64,000 nt of DNA, from assembly GCA_963763775.1 (NCBI GenBank), contig CAVXPZ010000003.1, positions 1 to 64,000 on the forward strand, read 5' to 3'. Numbering within the stretch: position 1 is the first letter of the stretch; each line of letters starts with the position of its first letter. The notes under the pieces are model-generated. The model did not search any database. It had not been told where the DNA came from and saw only the letters and a program-made list of their open reading frames with translations. A program made the position numbers and the translations under genes. Positions 29,699 through 38,773 of the stretch are shown here, piece by piece. Origin of the DNA: an uncultured Chloroflexia bacterium (GTDB lineage: Bacteria; Chloroflexota; Limnocylindria; Limnocylindrales; CSP1-4).

Positions 29699-30201
29699 AT
29701 GTCCAAGAGACGTTCGCCTCCTCGCCCCCGCGCTCGTCCTGACGCTCGCCGTCGCCGCATGTGCGGGTTCCTCGTCGCCGACTCCGGGCACGCCGACAGC
29801 CCAGGCTACGTCGCAGACGTCGGCGGCTCCGATCGTTTCGGAAGCTCCGACCGCGTCGGGCGCGGACGCGATCTGCACGGACGCAGCGCGTTTCCGCGCC
29901 TCGATGACGGCGCTCACCGATCTCAAGCTCGCCACCGTCGGCGTGAGCGGCGTGACGGCGGCACTTACCGAGGTGCAGTCGGCCGCTCAGGCCCTCGCCG
30001 TGTCGGGGCACGATCTCGTCGGCCAGCCGGTCAGCGATCTGCTGACCTCCGTCCAGGCACTCCAGACCACGCTGACCGGACTCGGCGATCAGCCGAGCCT
30101 CGGCGCAGGCCTTGTCGCGGTGAAGGCGGCGATCGAGCAGATCAAGACGGCAGCGTCCGGTGTCGAGTCCGGCGCTCGCGACCACTTGCCCAGCCAGCTA
30201 G
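29699..30201 (+). CDS. Helical lipoprotein, frameshifts near both ends
   Basis: GAGGA RBS and ATG 29699; LAVAAC lipobox; restored C-terminus ALATTCPAS* pairs with the Cys in DAICTD. Confidence 0.6.
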
Positions 30202-30285
30202 CGGCGCGCCGTCAGACTCCTGCCCGGAGCGTCGCCGCGGCACACGAGCGGCTGGGATGAGGCTGTCTCCTGACAGCGAGGGGGG

Positions 30286-30795
30286 TCACGACGCCCTCCC
30301 TGGGGCGTCGGCCGCCAGCGGCGTGTTCGGCCGATGGCGGAGGTGCGGCTCGTCTGCTTCCCCAAGCTCCCACGTGCCAGTCGGCGCTATGGCCATCCGC
30401 CGACCGTAGAGCGCGCCGATCCGCCCCGCGCTCAGGCCGTGGAGGAAGACGGACAAGAGCACGGTCCAGGTGACCACATGGACGAGCGTGAGACTGGCTG
30501 GATGAGTCGGACCCATCTGGTCGAAGGCAACAAGCAGGAAGACCACCGATGCGAGACCGCGCGGCCCGAACCAGCCGATGAGCGCGACCGTGTCCGTGCG
30601 AAGTGGCGAGCTGACCATCGACAGCGCCACCGGGCCCATCCGAACGATGGTGAGGCTCAGGACGGCGTAGACCAGCACTGCCGGGTCGAGGCCTGCCGCG
30701 AGCACCGGACCAACGAAGCCGATACCGAAGACAAGCCAGACCAGGTAGGACCCCGTCACCCCGATCCAGTCGGCGAATTCGACGGATGGCTCGGC
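30286..30795 (-). pseudogene. C-terminal half of a NhaP-type cation:proton antiporter
   Basis: YAVLSLTIVRMGPV, IGWFGPRGLASVVF, TVLLSVFLHGLSA; the N-terminal half is missing. Confidence 0.8.
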
Positions 30796-30799
30796 CGCT

Positions 30800-31108
30800 G
30801 GGGCATCTTGAGCTGCTGCAGCTTGGCCAGCTCGTCGGCGGTGGAGACACCGGCGACGGCCGCGTTGGCGGCGTCGGCCTGGCCATCATCTGGACGTCAC
30901 CGGGCGTGACCTTGGGTCGCGCGATGATGTAGATCAGGCAGCCGAGGAACGGCAGGATGAAGATCAGGAAGATCCAGCCGGCCTTCGCGCCGCCGTGGAT
31001 GTCCGTCCGGTGGAAGATGTCCGAGAAGATCGCGATGAAGATCCAGATCGCGAGGATGAGGAAGAACACCTCGATCGACCACAGAAGGAAATCGCCAAGG
31101 CTACTCAT
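30800..31108 (-). CDS. PLDc_N + SHOCT small membrane protein, frameshifted and truncated in SHOCT
   Basis: DIFHRTDIHGGAKAGW...ILPFLGCLIYIIARP, then STADELAKLQQLK. Confidence 0.75.
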
Positions 31109-31269
31109 CGGTCGTAGCTCCTAGTTGCGTGTGGGGTACGTCACGTCGGCTGTTGGTCTGGGTTGAACCGCGCTCATGCGATGGAGGCGACCCCGGGTCG
31201 TTCGACACGATCCGCAGGTCGCCTCCATCGCTCGCTCTCCTCCCGGACGGGGGTCCCGCCGGGGTGACG

Positions 31270-31884
31270 TCAGCCGGCGGCCTTGTCTCCTCCGGCCTTG
31301 GCGGCCTGCTTGACCGCGGCGGCGTCCTCGTCGCTGATCGGAGCGGACTTGACCACCTTGGCGTCCGGGATCGTCGCCTCCACGGCGTCGACCGCTGTCA
31401 CGGACACCAGGGCGACGATGCCCGACGTGCCCGGGGTGATGACGCCGGCGAGGTCGTCGGCGACTTCGCTCTTCATGAGCACGTTGCCCGCCTTGCCGAC
31501 GGCCGCACCCGCGATGCCGACGCCGACTGCCCCGGCGATGATGGTCGGCGGGAAGATCAAGCCGATGACCGCGCCGCCGACGGCGCCCCACAGGAACCCG
31601 TTGCGGGTCTTGTGGTCAGTCATCTTCTGGATGTGGATCTTGCCCTGGTCGTCCGCGTTGGCGACCAGGACGCCGTCGATGTCGAGCGCTCGGTTGACCT
31701 CGGCGTCGATCAACGCCTCGTAGGCCGCCTTGGCCGAATCCATGTCGGCGAATTGGGCCACGATGAGGGCCTGATTGCCCTGGACCGCGATCCCTGCCAC
31801 AGCGTCCACACCGAGGTCGTCACCGACTGCGGCCACGGCCACGCCGACCGGCTGATCCGTCGTGTTCTGCGTCTCGTCACTCAT
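31270..31884 (-). CDS. DUF1269 family protein
   Basis: IDGVLV..DDQGKIH..K.TDH.TR.G..WGAVGGAVIGLIFPP, ITPGTSGIVALV. Confidence 0.8.
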   Translation of the reverse strand: MSDETQNTTDQPVGVAVAAVGDDLGVDAVAGIAVQGNQALIVAQFADMDSAKAAYEALIDAEVNRALDIDGVLVANADDQGKIHIQKMTDHKTRNGFLWGAVGGAVIGLIFPPTIIAGAVGVGIAGAAVGKAGNVLMKSEVADDLAGVITPGTSGIVALVSVTAVDAVEATIPDAKVVKSAPISDEDAAAVKQAAKAGGDKAAG

Positions 31885-31943
31885 CTGAGGAATCTCCCTT
31901 CGTTGTCATCGGTTGGTCCAGCGATCCTGGATGCATTGACTTC

Positions 31944-32946
31944 TCAGCTCACGCCAGCCGCGACCTCCTCGGCAGCGAGGACGGACGCGAGCGCCTCGTC
32001 GGCCGCCTCCTGCTCGATCATGTCGGCCGCAACGAGCGCGTCGACCGCCTCCTGAGCGGCCTCCCGCTCGATGAGGTCCGCCGCGATGAGCGCGCGAACG
32101 GCGCGAAGCGCCGCTGCCGCCTCGATCTCGTCGGCCGCCGCGACCGCTTCCTCGGCCTCTTCCGTCGCCGTCTCCTCGACATCGAGGGACATCCGCACGA
32201 CGTTCTCGGCTTCCTCCTTTGCCGCCTCCTCGATGAGCGTCGGCAGCGAACAGCGTGTCGATGACGTCCTCTGCTGCCGCATCCTCGACTGCCAGCGCTG
32301 CGGCGACCACATCGGCCGCCTCGGCGATGGCGGCGTCCTCGATCAACTCCGCCTCGACGAGGGTCTGGGCGATCTCCATGGCTGCGGCCAGCTTGACCTC
32401 CTCGGCCGCTTCGATCGCGTCCTCCGCCTCCATCTTCACGCGCAGCTCGTCACCCACGATCGCGAGGGCATCGGGCGAGATCATCGCCTGCATCAGGGTC
32501 CGGCCGCCGGCGTCCACGATCGCATCGCGCAGGTTCGCCGCCCAGTGGTGCTCGATGACGAGGATCGCCGCGGCGCTGCCCGCGGGGATCGAGTCGGCGA
32601 GCTCCTGCATCCGGTCCACGGACAGCCCGGCGTCGCGCTCGGCGACGGCGAGCGCTCCGAGTTCGGCTCCCTCGACCATGCCCTCGACGCCACCGGCGTG
32701 AAGCCCGAGTAGCCCGCCGGCGATGGATCCGAGACGCATCCGCTCGTTCTCGGACAGGTCGGTCAGGTGCATCGAGTTCTCGATGCTTCCCTGCCGGTTC
32801 TTCTGGACGAAGATCACGTCGACGAGGCGGATGACGCCGCGCTTCCGCGCCCGGCGCAGTTCGGCCATGATCCGGCCCGTTGCCTCGAACTTGTCGAAGC
32901 CGACCACGAACACCTGGATCGGGCCGGTCACATGCTTCTCTGCCAT
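31944..32946 (-). CDS. DUF6325/DUF1269-like protein with long acidic Ala/Glu repeat tail, frameshift near 32240
   Basis: GPIQVFVVGF, GVIRLVDVIFV.K, IPAGSAAAILVIEHHWA..LRDAI..AGG; tail repeats LxAADLIExxAAxEA. Confidence 0.75.
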
Positions 32947-33024
32947 GTCCACTATCTCCTTCGACCCTGATCCCAGATGTCCGGCGCCGGTCGCGCAGCC
33001 GGACGGGTGCTGCCCGCCGCGAAC

Positions 33025-33615
33025 TCAGAGTGGGATCGCGGATCCGTCATGTGCCGCCGCGTTCGCGGCCGCCTTGATGTCCCCGGCCGTCTCTTCGTCG
33101 ACCGGGACCGTCTTGACCTGCTCGGCCGCCGGCATCTTCTGCGCGACGGCGTCGGCATCCATCGCCGAGACCAGCGCGAGGATCCCGGAAGTGCCCGCCG
33201 TGATGACGCCGGCGAGTTCCTTTTCGACCTCGACCCGGTGATGGAGGTTGCGCGCCTTGCCGGCCGCCGCCCCGGCAACGCCGAGCGCGACGGCTCCGGC
33301 GACGATGGTGGCGGGCAGGAAGACCGCCGCGACGACACCACCGACGATGCCCCACTTCAGGCCCGTCCGCGTGCTGTGGTCGGTCATCTTCTGGACGTGG
33401 AGTCGGCCCTTCTCGTCTGCTTTGACCACAAGGACACCGTCGACCTCGAGGAACCCCGCGACCTCGGCGTCGATGAGATCGTCATACGCGCTCATCGCCA
33501 GGGTGGGGTCCGCGAAGCGGGCGACGACGAGCGCGTGGGGGCCCTGCGCAACGACTGCGTCCTCGGCCATGACACCGCCCGTCGATGTCGTCTCGGTCGT
33601 GTCTGGTCCGGTCAC
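33025..33615 (-). CDS. DUF1269 family protein (close paralog of 31270-31884)
   Basis: VDGVLVVKADEKGRLHVQKMTDHSTRTGLKWG...GVITAGTSGILALVS; GAGGA RBS and GTG 33615. Confidence 0.8.
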   Translation of the reverse strand: MTGPDTTETTSTGGVMAEDAVVAQGPHALVVARFADPTLAMSAYDDLIDAEVAGFLEVDGVLVVKADEKGRLHVQKMTDHSTRTGLKWGIVGGVVAAVFLPATIVAGAVALGVAGAAAGKARNLHHRVEVEKELAGVITAGTSGILALVSAMDADAVAQKMPAAEQVKTVPVDEETAGDIKAAANAAAHDGSAIPL

Positions 33616-33762
33616 ATCGATTCCTCGGCTCCTCGCGGTCGACGCAGACCGTTCTCGTGCGGAAGGCATGCGTTGCTGCGCTTGCGACGACCGTCCAGGC
33701 ACGTCGACCACTTGCGCGGCCACCCGGACCCTCGCACCGTAGGCCGGGTCCAGGGCCGGCCA

Positions 33763-33781
33763 CATCCTCCCCGTCGGAGGA
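33763..33781 (-). promoter_or_regulatory. Cluster box 4 (TCCTCCGACGGGGAGGATG on the - strand)
   Basis: Lies 21 bp upstream of TACGGT (33741-33736). Confidence 0.75.
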
Positions 33782-33842
33782 AGGCCCGTGTCCGCAGCAC
33801 GACGTTGCGACGGGCGCCGATCACCGCTGTTCGTGTTCGACC

Positions 33843-33861
33843 TCCTCCGAATAGGGGGAAG
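33843..33861 (+). promoter_or_regulatory. Cluster box 5 (TCCTCCGAATAGGGGGAAG)
   Basis: Lies 21 bp upstream of CACCAT (33883), oriented toward DUF2252. Confidence 0.6.
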
Positions 33862-33933
33862 TCGGGCGGGGAGTCGCGGATCCACCATCGTCGTGCGGGC
33901 TGTGCCGTGTGATGACAGCGACGGAGAACGGCG

Positions 33934-35386
33934 ATGACACCAGCAGTGAAGATCGGCTCGGCAGACGCGACCAGTCAGGCCGACCCCAAGCCACCCCGCA
34001 TCCGACGCCGACACATCGACGGCGACACGGCCGCGGCACACCGCGCATCAGGCCGGGCAGGCCGCACTGAGGTGCCACTCAGCGCCCATGGCGAGTGGGC
34101 CGTGCCGGCAGATCGACCGGACCCGGTCGCACTGCTGATCGAGCAGGGCGAGACGCGGGTCGCGGATCTCGTGCCCATCCGGTACGGGCGGATGCTGGTC
34201 TCGCCATTCACGTTCCTGCGCGGCGCCGCACTGGTCATGGCGGCCGATCTGGCGCGTCTGCCCTCGAGCGGCATCTACGTCCAATCCTGCGGCGACGCCC
34301 ACCTGTCGAACTTCGGTGTGTTCGCGACGCCGGAGCGGCGCTTGAGCTTCGACGTCAACGACTTCGACGAGACGCATCCCGCGCCCTTCGAATGGGATGT
34401 CAAGCGCCTCGCAGCCAGCCTCGTGGTCGCAGGACACGGCGCTGGCTATCAGCGAGCCGCGGTCCGCACCATCACCCGCTCGGCGGTCGGCGCCTACCGG
34501 ACCGAGATGCGGAGTCTGGCCTCGATGTCGTTCCTGGATGCGTGGTACACGCGGATCGACGTCACGGCGATGCTCGCGGAGAGTCGAGCAGCGAGGATCA
34601 GCCCGGACGAAGAAGATCGCACACCGGGCCGTCGAGAAGGCCTCGACGCGGACGAACCTCGGCACGCTGAGCAGTCTCGCCGAGCACACCGACGCCGGCT
34701 GGCGGATCCGGGCAAATCCTCCGCTCATCGTCCGATACGATGCCACGCCCGAAAGCGACGCCGCCCTCCGAGACGGATTGACGGCGTACCGAAGGTCGCT
34801 CGGCCGGGACATGCAGCCGATCATGGACGCGTACAAGTTCGCCGATTACGCGCGCAAGGTCGTTGGCGTCGGCTCCATCGGGACCGAGGCGTTCGTGGTC
34901 CTCAACATCGGACCGCGCAACGACGACGCGCTGTTCCTCCAGGTGAAGGAAGCCCAGGCATCGGTGCTGGAGCGCTATACCGAGCAGAGCACCATCAAGG
35001 AGCAGGGCGAGCGGGTGGTCGCGGGTCAGCGGCTGATGCAGGCTGCAAGCGACCGGTTCCTCGGCTGGCTACGGATCGACCGCCTCGGGCGTCCGTACGA
35101 CTTCTACGTCCGCCAGCTCCGCGACTGGAAAGCCTCCTACGAAGTGGAGAGCAACCAGGAGCAGCGGCTGGCGACGTATGCGCGCTACTGCGGGATCGCC
35201 CTTGCCCGCGCGCATGCCCGCTCCGGCTCGGCGTCGGCCATCGCTGGCTACCTCGGCAAGACCGATGACTTCGACCGCGCGGTCGAGCGATTCGCGGTCG
35301 CCTATGCCGAGCAGAACGGACGCGACTACCAGGCCCTTCTCCAGGCCGAGACCGACGGCCGGATCAAGGTCCAGCGTGGCGTCTGA
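33934..35386 (+). CDS. DUF2252 family protein (kinase-like fold), frameshift near 34600
   Basis: LVPIRYGRMLVSPFTFLRGAA, CGDAHLSNFG, FDVNDFDE, KVVGVGSIG, LFLQVKEA, FYVRQLRDWK, LARAHARSG. Confidence 0.92.
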
Positions 35387-35399
35387 TCCGAGTCGATCG

Positions 35400-35912
35400 A
35401 TGCGGAGGCCCGCACGCCTCGTGCCGTTGCGACGCTCGATCGACCGCTTCATGTCGGATCCGGCATCCCCCCGGAACGCCGCCCGACTGATGATCGGCGC
35501 GACCGTCGTCATCGTCCTGGTCGGCGGACTCGTCGTCTGGCTATTCGACAGTCAGGAGTTCCCGGACTACGGCGGGGCCCTGTGGTACACGCTGCAGACG
35601 GTGACCACGGTCGGCTACGGCGACAAGGTGCCCACGAGCCTGGTCGGACGCCTCACCGGCTCGTTCGTGATGGTCGTGTCGGTCGCGCTGCTCGCCATCG
35701 TCACCGCCTTGATCACGTCGACCTTCGTGGAGGCCGCGCAGCGGCGGCGCCACGCGCAGGAGCAGGATCCAGCCCAAGCGACCGATGCACGGCTCGACGA
35801 GATCTCATCTCGCCTGATGGCCATGGAGCGGTCGCTGGAGGAGCTCGTCGCCGGCCGAGGCACGCCAGGCGAAGCCGATCCACCTGCAGACCGGCAAGCA
35901 ACGAAGACTTGA
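35400..35912 (+). CDS. Two-TM potassium channel (Ion_trans_2, KcsA-like)
   Basis: ALWYTLQTVTTVGYGDKVP selectivity filter; start could be 35451. Confidence 0.88.
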   Translation: MRRPARLVPLRRSIDRFMSDPASPRNAARLMIGATVVIVLVGGLVVWLFDSQEFPDYGGALWYTLQTVTTVGYGDKVPTSLVGRLTGSFVMVVSVALLAIVTALITSTFVEAAQRRRHAQEQDPAQATDARLDEISSRLMAMERSLEELVAGRGTPGEADPPADRQATKT

Positions 35913-35971
35913 TCTACCAGGATCGGCACGCCGACCCAGACACGCCGTCACCCCAGCGGGAGCAAGACCAG

Positions 35972-38155
35972 ATGCGTCGCCTGATCGACTTCTACCGGCT
36001 TCAGATCCACGTCATGCGGACGTGGCAGCCCGGCACGGGTTCCCGCCTGCGCCGGATCCTGGCGACCCTGATCGTCAGCGTCGTGTCGTTCGGCATCGCC
36101 GTGTTCCTGACGCCTGGAGTGGACCTGACGGCGGGCGCGGGCATCTTCAGCACCGCCCTTCTGGCCGCGATCGTCCTCGGCATCCTCAATGTCGCCATTC
36201 GCCCGGTCCTCATCGCGGCGTTCGCCGCGGTGTCGGTCATCGCGGTCACGATCGCGACCCTCGTCTTCCAGGTCGTGTCGTTCCTGATCCTGCCGCGCTT
36301 CGTCGACACCCTCGTGGTCTCTGGCTGGTTCGCGGCGCTGGTCGCGTCCTTGATCTACGCCATGGCGACGACCGTCTTCGTCGCGATCTTCTCGATCAGC
36401 AGCGACGACTCCTACTTCGCCATCCTCGTCCAGCAGCTGTCGGGTCGCGGACAGGACGTCCATCGCACGGATGCCCCCGGCCTGGTCGTCATCCAGATCG
36501 ACGGTCTGGCGCGTGAGATCCTGACCCGCCAGATCCAGGCCGGTCGCGCGCCGCACCTCTCGGGCTGGGTGCGCTCCGGCCGCTACACCCTCTCGGGCTG
36601 GGAGGCGCTCCTGCCACCCACGACGCCGGCGAGCCAGGCTGGGCTCCTCCATGGGAACAACGACGGCATTCCCGCCTTCCGCTGGTATGAGAAGGACGCG
36701 GGGCGACTCATGGTCACCAATCACCCTGACGACGCCGTGGTCGTCGAGAGCCGGATCTCGAATGGCGAGGGACTGCTCTCGAACGATGGGGCGAGCGTCG
36801 GCAACCTCTTCTCGGGCGACGCGGCGCGGTCCTACATCACGATGGCGACGATCAAGGACAAGTCGCAGGGGTTGGGCAAGAGCACATCGTTCTACTCGTT
36901 CTTCGCCAGCCCGTACAACTATCTCGGCACGCTCACCCGGTTCGCCGCCGAGGTCGTGAAGGAGTACTACCAGGCGTCCCGCCAGGTACGTGCGAACATC
37001 GTCCCGCGGATGCATCGTGGGATGCCGTACCCGTTCGCACGTGCCACGACGAACGTGGGGCTTCGGGACCTGTCGACCGCCCTCGTGGTCGAGGAGATGT
37101 ACCGCGGGGCGCCGATCATCTATGTCGACTTCACCGACTACGACGAGATCGCCCATCACAGCGGACCCGAGCGAGGGGAGTCGCTGGACGCGCTCGATGG
37201 GGTCGACGGCGCCATCGCGACCCTCGAGAAGGCCGCCGGCGCCGCGCCCCGTCCGTATCGCTTCATCGTCGTGTCCGACCACGGCCAGACCCTCGGGGCC
37301 ACGTTCCTCCAGCGCTACGGGAAGACCCTCGGCGACGTCGTCCAGGACCTCATGGGCAGCGACGCGACCGTCCAGGAGGCCACATCGAGTGGGGAGGAGT
37401 TCGGCCAGACGAACGCCTTCCTGTCTGAGCTGACCCAGGTCAAGGGCGTCACCGGTGGCATCGCCCGGACCGCCCTGCGGTCGCAGACGACCGACGGCGT
37501 CGTGGACGTCGGCTCCATCACTCCCGCCGGCGCCGATGGGGACAAGCCCTCGGACATGGCCTCGTCGCCCGCGGCCGAGGAGCGACCCGACCTGGTCGCG
37601 GTGGCGTCCGGCAATCTCGGGCTGATCTTCTTCCCGCGCCTGCCCGGTCGGGTGACGCTCGAGCAGCTCGCGACGACCTATCCCCGCCTCGTCGATGGGC
37701 TGGCCGCGCACCCGGGCGTCGGGGCGCTGCTGATCCGGTCGGAGGCGCACGGCGCGCTGGTCATCGGGCGAACGGGCATCAACTTCCTGGACGAGGAGCG
37801 GATCGAGGGCGACGATCCGGTCGCCCAGTACGGCGGTCGGTCGCGCGAGGCGCTCATCCGTCTCGACACCCTCCAGCACTGCCCGGACATCTCCGTGATC
37901 AGCCTGTTCGACCCGGCATTCGGCGAGGTCGCGGCGTTCGAGGAGCTGATCGGCTCGCACGGCGGCCTCGGCGGGGCCCAGACCCTGCCGCTTCTCCTGC
38001 ATCCGACGGAGTGGACCCTGGACGAGGAGCTCGTCGGCGCCCCCGCCGTCCACCGCCAGATCCGCCGCTGGGCGGAGCGCTACTTGGACCTCCGCTTCGG
38101 CAAGGACGGGACGGCACAGCCCCTGCCGATGCCTGACCCGCCGAGGACGAACTGA
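35972..38155 (+). CDS. 4-TMS phage-holin-like domain fused to an alkaline-phosphatase-superfamily (type I phosphodiesterase) domain
   Basis: ALLAAIVLGILNVAIRPVL; IQIDGL, TTPASQAGLLHG, DYDEIAHHSG, VVSDHGQ, SHGGLGG. Confidence 0.85.
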   Translation: MRRLIDFYRLQIHVMRTWQPGTGSRLRRILATLIVSVVSFGIAVFLTPGVDLTAGAGIFSTALLAAIVLGILNVAIRPVLIAAFAAVSVIAVTIATLVFQVVSFLILPRFVDTLVVSGWFAALVASLIYAMATTVFVAIFSISSDDSYFAILVQQLSGRGQDVHRTDAPGLVVIQIDGLAREILTRQIQAGRAPHLSGWVRSGRYTLSGWEALLPPTTPASQAGLLHGNNDGIPAFRWYEKDAGRLMVTNHPDDAVVVESRISNGEGLLSNDGASVGNLFSGDAARSYITMATIKDKSQGLGKSTSFYSFFASPYNYLGTLTRFAAEVVKEYYQASRQVRANIVPRMHRGMPYPFARATTNVGLRDLSTALVVEEMYRGAPIIYVDFTDYDEIAHHSGPERGESLDALDGVDGAIATLEKAAGAAPRPYRFIVVSDHGQTLGATFLQRYGKTLGDVVQDLMGSDATVQEATSSGEEFGQTNAFLSELTQVKGVTGGIARTALRSQTTDGVVDVGSITPAGADGDKPSDMASSPAAEERPDLVAVASGNLGLIFFPRLPGRVTLEQLATTYPRLVDGLAAHPGVGALLIRSEAHGALVIGRTGINFLDEERIEGDDPVAQYGGRSREALIRLDTLQHCPDISVISLFDPAFGEVAAFEELIGSHGGLGGAQTLPLLLHPTEWTLDEELVGAPAVHRQIRRWAERYLDLRFGKDGTAQPLPMPDPPRTN

Positions 38156-38364
38156 GACGCGACCTCGCGGCCCGGGACGTGAGCCACCCGCTGCTCATCG
38201 CCTGTGATCGACGTCGTCGATGGTCTGGGCAGCTCCTCGAGCGCCGCGTCGAGGTCGTAGCCGAGTGTGCGCGTGCGACACCCGGCGCCACCGTGGCGAT
38301 CCGGCCGAATCTGACCACCAGACCCAGCGTTCCACGCCCCCCGACAACCGCGACGGACCAAGGC

Positions 38365-38462
38365 GCGGGTGGTCGAGGGCGAGTCTCCTCGGAGCCGCAA
38401 CTCGACGATGAGGTAGGTTGGTCGGGGCGACAGAGCCTTCCTACTGGCTGAGAAGCGCATGA
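38365..38462 (+). repeat. Degenerate direct repeat of 41875-41945: recombinase-like stub, tRNA-Pro 3' end (antisense), tail
   Basis: TCGGAGCCGCA(A/G)CTCGACGATGAGGTAGG..TGGTCGGGGCGA is shared by both sites; followed by WLRSA* overlapping ATG 38459. Confidence 0.75.
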
Positions 38463-38713
38463 CGAGACGGCCGTGCCGCCCCGCCGAGCGCGCCACCGAT
38501 CGCGAGGTCGGCGTGGTGGCCGCGGTGCTGGTCGCCGGGTCGGAGAAGGCCGCCGCTCACCGCCTGGGGCTGTCGCACTCGACGGTGAAGCACCACCTCG
38601 CGAACGCGCGGACCAAGGTGGGCGCCGAGACGACAGCGCAGCTCGTGTGGATCCTGGCGGAGCGACTGCCAGAGCCTGAGGACGAGGCGTCGGAACGCCA
38701 GCGGCCTGAGTAG
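38459..38713 (+). CDS. Small LuxR-like HTH protein, element-associated
   Basis: TDREVGVVAAV..GSEKAAAHRLGLSHSTVKHHLANARTKVG. Confidence 0.7.
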   Translation: MTRRPCRPAERATDREVGVVAAVLVAGSEKAAAHRLGLSHSTVKHHLANARTKVGAETTAQLVWILAERLPEPEDEASERQRPE

Positions 38714-38773
38714 CTCGCCCGTCACAGAGCGCGCATGAGCGCGCGTCCAAGCAACGTCAACCACCGAGGGGGA

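Noticed and set aside
34590-34620. Programmed frameshifting in DUF2252 and other split genes
   Set aside because: No slippery heptamers or stimulatory structures were evident, and indels are scattered across unrelated genes, consistent with errors.
35972-36420. Holin-like domain as evidence of a prophage
   Set aside because: It is fused to a phosphodiesterase in a cellular-type cluster, with no phage structural genes nearby.
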